In this document: in pieces, positions 10,401 to 20,500 of the stretch | How positions within the stretch are numbered: position 1 is the first letter of the stretch | How the letters are laid out: every line of letters starts with the position of its first letter | Source of the DNA: Caldisericia bacterium | GTDB taxonomy: Bacteria > Caldisericota > Caldisericia > JAAYUI01 | DNA length: 64,000 bases | Assembly (NCBI GenBank): GCA_963674785.1 | Contig: OY771555.1 | Location: forward strand, 736,001-800,000 | Direction: 5' to 3' | Translations under genes and position numbers: made by a program | The notes under the pieces: generated by a model | What the model was told of the DNA's origin: nothing | The model's input: only the letters and a program-made list of their open reading frames with translations | Databases searched by the model: none

Positions 10401-13400
10401 GATTACAACATGTATCTTGCTGTCGGAAGAGAACTTGATTATAGATTCGTCGTCAGACCACAGATTAGTGGTATTCAGAGTTCACAGAGAGTAATGGTCT
10501 TTGACGAGCTTATTCCAACTGGACCAGGTAGAATTGATATTACTGTCTGGCTTCAGGACGGAACAAAGAAGATTTTCCAGGATTGCTGTGTTAAGCCACC
10601 AGCAGATGGTATTGATGTAGCCGGTATCAAGATTGAAGGTATGCCACACTTCGTCACTGTTGATGAAGACAATATGCTCAATCTTAAACTTACAGAAGGT
10701 TACGGAATCGAGTCAGTAGGACCACCAGCTGAATACGGTGCAGGAATTCAGGAATATCAAGAGTGTAACGATGCACTTGTTTATGTATGGCAGGATAGAG
10801 GAATCTATGATCCAGTGGAAAGACTTTATGATTTCGCTGGTGACGGATACTGCTCAATGGCTCCACAGTCAACAGATATTTCCGAAATTTACTCACCATA
10901 CACAGAAGATGATGATCTCAACTCTGATGGAAAAATTAGCTTCGAAGATTATGAAACTGAGATCATTGGTACATATGATATTAACACAAACACATGGACA
11001 AACGGTCTTATAGATGCAAGAACATTCCATAGACAGAATGGTGAATACTCATTCAATGTTCATACAAATACAGTAGGTATCGACTTTGGTTCCTATGGAA
11101 CAGAAACCGAACCTGATCACGTTATTGCACCTGATGAAACACTCGATGTAACTGTTACTGCTTACAAGTACGGTGACGACAATAACGACAGAAGCTTCAG
11201 ACCATTCTGGGGTGGACGTGATACCCTTAATGACTCAGCATTCAGTCATGAGGTTTATCTTGCAGGTAGAGCATCAGCATTTGTTGAAGCAAGAGAAGAT
11301 CTCACAGCAACCGTAATTCCTGAGCCACTTACAGCTGGATGTACACCAGAGCTTCTTGACCCAACTGCACCTCTCACATTTGAGGTCAAATGGGCAAACG
11401 GTCAGCCACTCAACCTCAGGGATGAAGGTGTTCCAGATCCAAAGGGTGGAAACGAAGTCAAGAAAAATGATGCTTGGATGCATCTTTTCAAAGATCCACA
11501 TCCAGATGATCAGTATTATTATCCAGGTCAGATGCTTCCACAATATTACTGGCTTAGAACCGACCTTCATAACGATGACTGGACCCAGATTGGCAACCAG
11601 AGAATGTACGGTTATGACACAGATCCATTCAACCCAATCGAGTTTAGCTGGAATCCAAAAGAGGGTGTTTATGAGTTCGAGGGATTTGTTGCCAACGATA
11701 AAGGTAACTTCGAAACGGTCATTTACTCACCAGACAGAAGACATAAAGCAACAGTTAATGTAAACGTTGAGCTTCCAAAAGTTTCTTACGATCTCCTTCC
11801 AAGACAATACTCTATTAGAGGGTACGATAATGATTCATCATTCGATCCAAATCTTGTCTTCCATGTAAACGAAAGTGAAGATTTCGTAGCAACTGGTGCT
11901 GATCTCAGATACTATGCAACTGTGCTTACATTCAAAAATGCCCAGGGTAAATTGATCCAGGGTCTCGCTGAGTCAACATCAGTTTGTCAGGGTGGAGATG
12001 GAATGTACGCAAGATTCACTCCATTCTTTACAAGACCTGAATACTTCAACTGGGTAAGTGCTCCAAACACATCATTACGCTATTTAAGAAGATATCCACA
12101 GCATGCTCAGGCATACAACTATTATCTTGGTTCAGATCCAAATGGTGGTCGTGGTGTTATGGTTATGATCGCTGATCTTGATGGTTCTGGGTCTGCCGGT
12201 GATATTTGGGAAGAATATATGCAGTTCGGATTCGCATATGCTGATTCAGGATTGAGAGTTGGTGGAGATAGCGGTCCTCGTGCTCCGTATTATCCAACAA
12301 TAAACTACATGTACGAAGATGGAACATATAATCATTGGCAAGCATGGGATGGACCATATGAAGCTGGTTTCAACTATGCTGAACCTGCTGGATATGGTGT
12401 CGGTTGTATTTACAATGAAGAGTATGAAAAACTTTATATGTTCCCAGATACAAATAGAGACTTTACATTCGATTATCAGGATTCATTGAATATTGATAAT
12501 AGAGGTCAGGGTCTCGTATTCGTTTTCGTTGATGATAAATTGAAATTTGGTGCAACCGTTGGTGTTACAAAACATGCTCTTAAACCAAAATTCAGTGACA
12601 TCTATGGTGGTACTGATCCATATAATGAATTCTCACCACAGAGAACTGCAACAAGATTTGTTCACGTAAAACAGGGTAATGCCGATTATGGAACAAGTGA
12701 CGGAGTGTACGCTCTCGACTGGGACGCAATGCCAGACAGAGTTGTAAAAGCTGATTATGTAAATGCTAAGGTTTTCTGGGCGGAAACTAGAGAAGAAGTT
12801 GGAAAAGACGTCCTTGATGAGAACAACTACGACCTTGCTTATGGTGTTGAAAACCATCTTTGGGTTGAGTTCACACCTGCTGATCCAAGAGACAATCCTG
12901 TTGTCCAGGGTCTCACAGTTACAATTGCTGATAATGACAAAGAACATCCATGGAATGGTACTAAATCCGAGAATTCAATATTCTCAACAATTATTAAGGG
13001 TGACGTAAATCCAAACGTGAGAGCTGCTCAGATGTATGTTACACCAACAGGTACTGGTGCCGACATCATGGCTCTTAATAAACGTGGAATCACCTATGGT
13101 ATATTGTTCGATCACTGTACTTCATACGGAATTGTTAACTTCGACGTAATTATGTCAATTCAGCTTATTGCTGACTCACTTGAGCCACTTAAAGTCGGTG
13201 TCCCAGGAACTCTTGTTGTAAGTGCTCTCAAGACTGCCGGTGGCGAGCCAATCGAAGGCGCAACTATCCACATCAAGGGTGCAGGCGTTGAGATGGAGAA
13301 GAAGTCAAATGCTGAAGGTAAAGCAGAGTTCAGCATCACTCCAACAGAACGCGGAAGAATCTTGGTTACTGCTGAAGCAGACGAGATGAAGGGAACCTAT

Positions 13401-14315
13401 ACAACAGCCTTTGTTGAAAGATACGTTGCACCACCAGTACTCGACCTTGACCCAATCAATTCTGTTACCGGTGAGAACAGTGTGACTGTTAAAGGAAGAA
13501 CAAACGAAGGTACAAGAATCACAATCAATGGAAGACCTGCAACTGTTGAAAAAGACGGTTCATTCCAGTCAGTTATCAAATTACAGCCTGGAAAGAATTC
13601 AATTGTTGTTGTTGCTTCAAATGAGTCATCACAGACAATCACAAAGATTCTTGTTATCGAATCAAGAGTTAATGCCTCAGAGATCATCCTTGATCCAATC
13701 GGTGAATATGAAAACGTCACAGAGATCAGACTCCGTGGACATGTTGAACCAGGTACTGTTGTCAAAGTTAAAAACGTGACAATTGGCGAAGAAGTTGATG
13801 CTGTTGTTACAAATGATGTATTCGTTGCTGATATTGCAGTCCAGCCAGGAAACAACGATTTTGAGATCGTTGCCATTGATATGCAGACTAACAAAGAAAA
13901 TACCTTGACTGCTAGCACTTATATCTGGACCAAAACAACAATTCTGCTTGCAAGAAATTCAGACGTTGCTGTTGTTGACGGTACACCACAGAAGATAGCC
14001 GTTGCACCAATCGTAAGAGATGGCGTTGTGATGGTTCCGCTTGAAGCAATAGCTCAGATATTTGGAGTTGCTCCTACAGCTGTAGGTGATGCAATAACGC
14101 TTACATGGGGTTCAAACACATTGATTATCTCAGCAAATTCAGCTAGTGCTCCTCTAAATGGTGCCCAAGTTGACCTTACAGTTGCCCCAATAGTTGAAAA
14201 TGGAATTATGATGGTTGCTGCAAGAGATATTGAGTATCTCAAACCAGATAATGGTGCAGTAGAAGTAATGTTCGATGCAAGCGGTGTTGGCATCGTTATT
14301 TGTAGAAGAAAGTAA
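4434..14315 (+). CDS. Giant secreted surface protein, paralog 1 (3293 aa), with C-terminal Ig-like and copper-amine-oxidase N-terminal (stalk) domains
   Basis: SD AAGGAGAG; signal peptide. Core motifs shared with the next three genes (NNTQGPY, DVNDP, YPGGQTH, KLGTEF..LTDYG, QDCC, IDARTF, AYKYGDDNNDR, PQYYW.RTDL). C-terminal APIVRDGVVMVPL and APIVENGIMMV stalk-type motifs. Strong codon bias. Confidence 0.9.
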   Translation: MRKFVTFMVALTLVVAALVPAFSIVNADGDRIREGEPNTPATMAAVRWHKVGYDHEGNMLNPSTLDHTEVERAGLDGTGYRFFPWQDDGEQIWGRASDDVAYEMPRLLPTSGSHDWLGRFDASNYDFDYDNSANNYAWWTVLYLNIEPDSGNSQEYKKWYVVIDRDGNAWFDPDGKFHRCELDSSADPMYYEPGSLTYVEGSCRTNPKALLDPIPSNNTQGPYNLKFGSRAALDRIYFWWKYDTNGNLVDRVWRLGWSDMVDYDPAPNLEHGVWDPTNSDTWSVVSYIPTYDPYTKTHIPDADVDWDAKLDTIPFSLSADPVWPNVTEGVECYHDANGNGVYDPYEFIYRKGAGFPVGLFTSSVQPGDVRVTNVSTENGIFKQNLRAGSVVGGDEFDVGAVLLPFNHMNPPSGYPTYVHTHGKGTIDGRFDDGEFIYWKGAASTTFGNTWLEVPAVPGSTVIAVASVNGFDLADEVALYDPLTGTYFTSTIDDIDTTVTPPLITLDNAVTFAFPLYSSFFEIGEVEIGDIRLTTVNERHNNNTRSWDWHGTWWTDALILLEVLEGGCHTPLYNITVESNLWMGGYPTNGEFEKGDVPSEATAALHSPNGDIVAAAQRIQKTTVLDPTGFEFEVPATTFENIKLEYREYLGLEIFKDDGINNNVGEPQFTVNCVRGDIVDDYYVYDSTEEFVGADDVETQLDFEWSRQTQSFSNLEMFVDVSGEGALGVGEPIYLDEDLSNSISAGDLRITDVEVVRGDSNIIAYPSGSRVTAGDADVDYFTTFPAIGTPELSPMPAGVEYYDQAHGCVPPNDTYDIGEPIYYQAPSTGIATLYSNDFNNQNNPTGTAPNLTFHDNTGPGSALSYPAYSFTNTVDNWGELDETNSGLFINGGAATSVTDRENNDPGGQIGNPSAGNFEVCFFDDNAPPVGATRCSELYSGTIILNPSLGMEDNKIFTADVFTEPNPACLSDWWPPAVIFRYDSPNSFYALTLVPYDGSYVWYDYSNADGSFIDNFYGPAPDTYLINIIHYEPADAGNTGYTGTSIFQTELNSFDLNDWMNVEIRAYANLAGFLDYTDILIGGTLISGSFPSSINPVGSPPGGFGFMAGTYDSTYVGAVSPLYFDNVTLSTYLVGATLDTVRLTDVWVDGTKYPAGSKVLAGDFYRLENPVYGVTTGKNTNARYMDIEVLPGDIGLKYEIDGFSPEDEEFKPLKIEKTSHIKVSLDHELEGVYATGKVIGDKRNRLYYRPDSFYVNTIPAEYQVVYSSPAEAERNFFHPHTSIQGDKVYVSLRETDTNISPYFATTYLSEYLEEIIDTTAIIDAENPVYEFEFTPYRGTIVDDIGQELPILLRAYMDDGGIQTSPDDSRFSYSFMLDKNLADRTVDAGSVAYSEYNFIDPWHMQKKWEIDEAYANYWNQAYTRAARFIPNPYEVEHMAECGLSDNYDCYGVEKLHVEPEGIEIIPSSPCVDPLSYRYPNISLKLKAYDNPDDVNDPAGYTMAFPTTEDSVAIATYNVNGAGIRYMCTMRAWNMSHTVPDDFYAYFIVQVNDDGSWMGWRMNEANLPGIVDFTDSFSVMQSYPFLQKMNNRGNDSHDIGDYDCSVGTGVVDLCGSGWPPLGDVTIYDTYSSYFCDPTWTYPNIPYYGTVYHYGVKTYITPKTETDEGGLISIVCQPMNTEEDLHIRVHTSNVEVDYNSTNLKHGNNATYFRFDRSGIHQGSTGGSDPNQYYVPSVSNVHDTNPPGIRNLMMAETVDYCDVITLKVLPPDTDLNFNNLYIVDHALQYSDVEYAGSATGGDPLVVLDTPERWIRPDYNPLCVFRPLSDDENTDVRCYPGGQTHLMRVENSLRGNGFNATPALWRKQFNKLGTEFFGLTDYGLYFELTREDSGYWGVPTTFADGMIKRIEITGPFMTPLDLDPEFDSIKYRSGTATGSILGYQYKDLRYVPIKYDYSGKIVVDTLNYMTYELGPSDFSTTTSPACTIPGDFITFSDYNMYLAVGRELDYRFVVRPQISGIQSSQRVMVFDELIPTGPGRIDITVWLQDGTKKIFQDCCVKPPADGIDVAGIKIEGMPHFVTVDEDNMLNLKLTEGYGIESVGPPAEYGAGIQEYQECNDALVYVWQDRGIYDPVERLYDFAGDGYCSMAPQSTDISEIYSPYTEDDDLNSDGKISFEDYETEIIGTYDINTNTWTNGLIDARTFHRQNGEYSFNVHTNTVGIDFGSYGTETEPDHVIAPDETLDVTVTAYKYGDDNNDRSFRPFWGGRDTLNDSAFSHEVYLAGRASAFVEAREDLTATVIPEPLTAGCTPELLDPTAPLTFEVKWANGQPLNLRDEGVPDPKGGNEVKKNDAWMHLFKDPHPDDQYYYPGQMLPQYYWLRTDLHNDDWTQIGNQRMYGYDTDPFNPIEFSWNPKEGVYEFEGFVANDKGNFETVIYSPDRRHKATVNVNVELPKVSYDLLPRQYSIRGYDNDSSFDPNLVFHVNESEDFVATGADLRYYATVLTFKNAQGKLIQGLAESTSVCQGGDGMYARFTPFFTRPEYFNWVSAPNTSLRYLRRYPQHAQAYNYYLGSDPNGGRGVMVMIADLDGSGSAGDIWEEYMQFGFAYADSGLRVGGDSGPRAPYYPTINYMYEDGTYNHWQAWDGPYEAGFNYAEPAGYGVGCIYNEEYEKLYMFPDTNRDFTFDYQDSLNIDNRGQGLVFVFVDDKLKFGATVGVTKHALKPKFSDIYGGTDPYNEFSPQRTATRFVHVKQGNADYGTSDGVYALDWDAMPDRVVKADYVNAKVFWAETREEVGKDVLDENNYDLAYGVENHLWVEFTPADPRDNPVVQGLTVTIADNDKEHPWNGTKSENSIFSTIIKGDVNPNVRAAQMYVTPTGTGADIMALNKRGITYGILFDHCTSYGIVNFDVIMSIQLIADSLEPLKVGVPGTLVVSALKTAGGEPIEGATIHIKGAGVEMEKKSNAEGKAEFSITPTERGRILVTAEADEMKGTYTTAFVERYVAPPVLDLDPINSVTGENSVTVKGRTNEGTRITINGRPATVEKDGSFQSVIKLQPGKNSIVVVASNESSQTITKILVIESRVNASEIILDPIGEYENVTEIRLRGHVEPGTVVKVKNVTIGEEVDAVVTNDVFVADIAVQPGNNDFEIVAIDMQTNKENTLTASTYIWTKTTILLARNSDVAVVDGTPQKIAVAPIVRDGVVMVPLEAIAQIFGVAPTAVGDAITLTWGSNTLIISANSASAPLNGAQVDLTVAPIVENGIMMVAARDIEYLKPDNGAVEVMFDASGVGIVICRRK

Positions 14316-14335
14316 GTAGTACCATAGATTGACAT

Positions 14336-14388
14336 TTATGCTGTACCACCCCGATTAGGGTGGTACAGCCGAGAAAGAACAGATTTAT
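14336..14388 (+). promoter_or_regulatory. Conserved junction element copy 1: TTAT, 12-bp hairpin, CGAGAAAGAACAGATTTAT
   Basis: Stem GCTGTACCACCC/GGGTGGTACAGC (14340-14369), no U-tract; flanks match copies 2 and 3. Confidence 0.75.
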
Positions 14389-14536
14389 TTATTACGGTTT
14401 AAAAAAGATTGAAGATAATGAAGAGATTGATAAAAGAAGCGAGTAAAGAGAGATTGGTTTACCGTGAAGTTTTGGGTGAACCAAAGGTACATGACAAACT
14501 TCGATGCGGGGTTTGTCTGTCCGAAGGAGAGGTTAC

Positions 14537-17500
14537 ATGAGAAGAACTATAGTGATGCTCGTTGCAGTTACTATGATCATGGGAATATTTGCCCCAGTTC
14601 TTGGCTTAGCAAATGTTAATGCTGCGCCAAACAACGAGGTAATTCAGGGTAACGAACATGCCACACATATCATAGCCCAGTGGCATCAGGTTGGGCATGA
14701 TGAGTATGGCGACCCCCTCCCTGGTGGAAAATCCTTTCCATGGCAGCATGAAGGCACAAGCCTTAATAGCTACTGGGGAAGTGAAGAATATGGAATGCCA
14801 AATGCTATTCTTGCAAGGGCAAGTTCTGGTATTGCAAGACGCGTAAGGCAGAATAATGCTGCATCAACAGTACAGCCAATGCTCTGGACAAGAGTGTATC
14901 TCACAGTTATGGCTGACAACGGCGCTTCAAGACCCATTGTGGACGATAGGGGTGATTATAAGGGCGTCGGACTCTGGTATGTTGTAATGGACACCGCAGG
15001 GCAGGTCTGGTTTGATATGGACGGACACTTCCATGATGGAAGGTATCTTGCTACTGCCGACCCATTCTCACCATATTACCAGTATGAGGTTGATGATTCT
15101 GGCAATTCTTACGGTTCATGTCTTATCAACCCAATGGCCAAAGTTGACCCAACTGAAGCAAACAATACTCAGGGCCCATACCAGTTCTCCGAAGAGACTT
15201 CCACTGGTGAAGAAAATGAGCTCTATGTTGAACCATGTTATTTCTGGGTGAGACCAAACCTCATTAATAAAGTTAGCTCCCTCGATACAAACACAACTTG
15301 CGATGCTTATGCAAATCATACTCTTACAGGTGAGTCAAGGGCATGGCAGCTCGGTATCCTCTCAAGACCAGATTATCTTGGACAGGGTATTTCAAGTCCT
15401 CTTGGTAATGTCTCAGATGGTCTTGTAAGATCTGGTGAGTGGGATGTTGGACAGTCAACCATTCCATTCCTTGCAAATGAGCTTTTTGCAGATGCATTTG
15501 GCAACCTCAATAGTGCTGGTCCTGCACCAACAAACGGAACATATGATCCAGGCGATCCTATCTATAGAGATGTTGATGGTTCAAACTCCGTTACCGTTGG
15601 CGACATAAGACTTTCAAATGTTACTCTCGGTGTTCCTCCCGCAGTTACAACATTCCTCGGTGGAACCATTGTTGCTGCAGGCGACAGAGACATCAACACA
15701 TTTGGTGGTGCAACAGGTTGGAGCAACAATCTTTACTCAATGCCTCCAGGTTATGTTTACTGTGCCGCTGGCACTGGTGATGGAACAGAGCTTGAGTTCA
15801 GACATCTTGGAAATCCAACCACAAATGGCGAGTGGTCAGTTATTACTCCAGCAGGAACGTCATTTATTGCAGTAGAAGATGCTTCTGAAATCACTGCTGG
15901 ATCCACAGTCAGAGTTGGACCAAACAACCTTGGTCAGAGCCAGATTTGTGTTGTCACAAATGTTTGGAATGCACCACAGGCTGCGACAATGTATAACAAC
16001 TACAACTCTATAGGTTGTAATGGTTATCACAGATCATGGTATGACTATTACATCCAGGGTTTTAACGTTGGTGATTATGTTTATTTTGGTTCAACCAATG
16101 GTGGAGAGATGCTTAGAATTTCTGCTCTCTATTATTATGGTTATATGTATCACTATACTTGGGGATGTAGCGGCTCATCATCCTATACTGCTGTCAGATA
16201 TACTAGAGAACCACAGTTAAATCATGATCAGTATAGCTATAACGGAAGCAGCTACTGGTATGCTTATGGATATGATGTAATGACAAGAGTAGAACAAGGT
16301 CTTCTTCTTGATTGTGTTCTTGGAATCGACTGCGCAGCAGGCACTCCTGTTGTTCCAGTTGGTTACCAGCCAGGTGACTTTGTCTACATGCAGTTGGATC
16401 CAACAGCAAATCAGATCCAGGAAGGCGATATCCGACTTTCAAATGTCGATGTTCACAGAGATATTGCTGGAAACGTAATTGGACATGGTGCTTGGGAATT
16501 TGACGCTCTTGTTATGATGGAAGTCCTCTTTGCTGATCCAAATGACCCAAGATACCATGGAGCAGTTGGAAACCAGGACTGGAAAACATATTCAAATGAT
16601 CCTTCATACGATCTTATGGATTCAGACTGGAATGACATCGATCATCCATACGCACATTGCATGCCAACATATGATTTGACAGTTGAGTCAGATTTCTGGC
16701 AAGGTGAAAGAGTATGGGTTGATGATCCTGCAAATCCAGGTTCAATGATTTCTGAATGGCAGGGAGTTATCCCATCCGTTACTGCATGTGCTCTCAGATC
16801 ACCAAACGATGATGTTGACCCAGCACATCACAGAATCGCAAAACAGACAATCCTTGGCGATGAACCAGATGATTTCTTTATTCATAGCGCAACAATTCAT
16901 GGTGTAACACCTGACTACAGAGAATATCTCGGACTCGAACTCTTTGTCGATAGTGACTATGACAACAACCCAATTCCAAACCTTCCAGCAAACAATCCTG
17001 TGGCACTTGACCTTCATGATAACTATCAGCGTGGAGATGTCTGCTCAGCATATGCTGGTGCAACAAGCAGAGCCCCAGACCTTGATCTTTGGAGAGACCT
17101 TTCAACCATTGATGACTCCAAAGATTATCCGAAATTTATTGACCTTGATAATCCAGCTGCAATTCCTAATGACCCTGGTATGTATGGTTGCAACGAGCCA
17201 ATCTACTTTGACCTTGACCAGGATGGAACAGTTTCCCCAGGCGACAGACGTGGTTCAGATATTGATATCAGAACCGGTACAGTAACTGAAGGTTCACTTG
17301 ATAGCTTTGTTGCAGGCACAATTGTTCAGCCAGGTGATGTTGATGTAGGAAGAATTCTTTCCAGATTCCTTGATCCAACACCGGGCTTAACATACATGCA
17401 GCCTGTTTACAAGTGGTATGATATCCCACACGAAATCTCAAGACTTCCATCAGGATCTCTTGATTTAGGCGAACCAATTTATTACGACCACCCTGTTCTT

Positions 17501-20500
17501 CCAGACTTCCCAGCAGGAAACCAGCAGACAGACCCAGGTGACATTAGACTTAGTGATGTCAATGTCGCATCAGCACAGTATTTCTGTGGTGAGACAATGG
17601 GTATTGGTGACGTATTCACAAATGAATACCCACTTTATATGATTTCAATGGGTAAAAATGGTGATTATAACTACATCGACTTCCCAGTACTTCCATTCCC
17701 AACAATGGATGTCCAGATTGAAGTTGATAGACCACTTAAGGTTGAGCAGACAAGTAATGTCAAAATCACTGTCAACCCACCACCAAAACCAGGCGAGAGC
17801 ATCTTTGTTGCACTTCGTGAAACAAAACTTGAAGCAAGACAGCCTGTTGAGCAGATTGATTACTACTCAATGAAAAATGTTGAGGGTGAATGGTTAGAGT
17901 GTTCAGACCTTATTTCCCCAACCTATTGGAACGCCAATGCCACTTATGGTGCTGGCATGTATAGAGAAAATGTAAACATTGGATTCGACTTCCCATTCTT
18001 TGGACAGATATATAACAGACTTGAGATTGGATGGAATGGTTATGTTAACTTTGGAACCCAGTGGTATTATTATAGTTCCCAGTACACATATTATGGATAC
18101 TCAGGCTCTTCATACAGATATGCTGTTGTTCGACCATTAGATTATGCAAATAGTCCACCACGTGTTAACGCACTTGGCGGAAGATGGGGATGGCCTCCAA
18201 ATACCGAAGTTTGTTATGGTCAGGCGATTTGGCCAGCAACAGGCGAGACCGTATTTGTTATCCATTGGAAGGGTGTAAACTACTACAATGACGCAGACTT
18301 TGAAGTTGAAGTAATCCTCTTCCAGAATGGTGAGGTCCTAATTCAGTTCCAAAGCACGGCATGCCCAACATACTTCAGTGATATGAACGTTGGTATTACC
18401 AATGGTAACGGTGACTACTACGAATGGCTTGAAGGTGGACCATGTGGATTTGGTGATGAAGCAAATGTTCTCTTCTCCCCAGGTTCAATCCCAGCACAAC
18501 CAGGAAGACCAGCTCTTGACATCGCAGAAGATGATAGATGGATTACTGAAGATAACCCAGAGGCTAATTTTGAATTCACTCCATACAGAGGTACCTGTCT
18601 TGAAGACGGAACAAGACAGCCTGTTGAAATCAACCTTTATAGAGATGTAGGTGGAGTCAAAGACCCAGCGGTTGTTCCAAGGAACCCACCACCAAAAACA
18701 TATCTCACATATAGAGAGCCATCATACAACGTAGATGAACCTTACAACGGAAGAGTAATCGCCGTACAGGATGTTTATGGATATCTTCCAGGCGACTGGA
18801 TTCTCGTTGGAAATCTCAGAAATACTGAGAGAAGAATGATCACTCAGATTCACACTGGTACTGAAGGTGCTTATACTGAGATGATTGAGACTAACTTTAA
18901 CTCCTCATCTACCTCTAACAGATCTCATATCCTTCCAGTTAAGAGCATCGATGACTTCTATGTTGGAAACACACTTGTTGTCGGATGGAATACAAGCCCA
19001 ACACAGGAAACCCATGTTATTACCCATGTCTCAAGAGATATTGGTTATGATAACGGTACAAACCCAGATTTCCATTGGACAAGAGGTGCTGGTAATACTT
19101 CACATCCACAAGGTGAGAACGTAGTAATCAGACTTCAGGATGCATCAGGATTTGTCGTTGGTGACTTTATTGGAATGGGTTATTATCAGTGGTGGCCAGA
19201 TGATCCACAGTGTAGCGGAAGAGCTCTTTATGATGTTGCAAGAATTATCGATATTAATGGTAACGAAGTTACACTTAACAGAACACACCAATATTGGTAC
19301 TCCTACAATTATTATTACTATGCACATGTAAGAGGTATTGAGGTTAGAGACCCACTCAAGTATCGGCACTATGATGAGTGTGATGCTCAGGATGGAAGAG
19401 CAGAACAGGTTCTTACAACCAAGTTCAGCTTCACTCTCCATAGAGGACTTAACTACAACCATATCTTTGGTGAGCCAGTAGTTGGTATCGTTTACTTTGA
19501 CCCATTCTGGGTAGACAACAAATGGGAAAGATTCGATCTTGACATGTATCCAACACGTCAGTTCTCATCAATCCTTTCACCAGATACAGTTTCACCAGAC
19601 CTTGATAGCGGATACGATTGTTTCTTCAGAAGCAAGTGGAATATTGAGCCTGAAGAAATAGAAATTGTCAAAGCAAGGGATTGTATTTCACCACTTGATC
19701 AGAGATATCCAAACATCCTGCTTACCCTTATGGATGCCGATAACCCCAACGACGTAAACGATCCTGCAGATATTCCAATCTCATGCCCAGCCGGAGTTTC
19801 TGGTGTTGACCAGACAATTATCGCAAACGTTAATGTTAATGGTTGCGGAATTGACTATCTCTTTACAGCCGGCCAGGCAAGCCCGAACAGATTCATTGTT
19901 CAGGTAAACGATGACGGTACATATGATTGGTGGAGATGGTATGAGCCACTCGTACCAACACAGATTTTTGGTGCCCTTGATTCAAATGACTGGCTTTACA
20001 CATGGCTTGATGATGACCAGGGTGATGATCTTCTAGCACCTGCAACAAGAACACCAATGCCAACCCATGACAATACCTATGACCTCAGGCTTACTGACAA
20101 TGACTGCTCACTTGGTGGTGGCGTTTGTGACCCATGCAATGAGGGTTCAAAGTGGCCATGTCTTGGTGATGTGACACTCTATGATGCTTATGGAAGATTT
20201 ATGAATTCACTCGGAGATCCTTACTCCAACTATCCAAACCCACAGAATCTTCCAGCAAACTATGGAAACATCGAAAACTTCGGTATTCCTTGTGTTATCG
20301 ACAGATGGACTCTTGGTTCCGATGGTGGACAGATCATGTTCCCAGCAAAACCATTTGAATCAGGCGATCTTCACGTAAGAGTTTACACATATCAGGCCGT
20401 ATTTGATTACAACTCCTCGAATGTTCACTGGCCAGGACCATACTTCGTGCCAGATACATCACTTGGAATTGACTATTGTGGATATACAACAATTAAGGTC

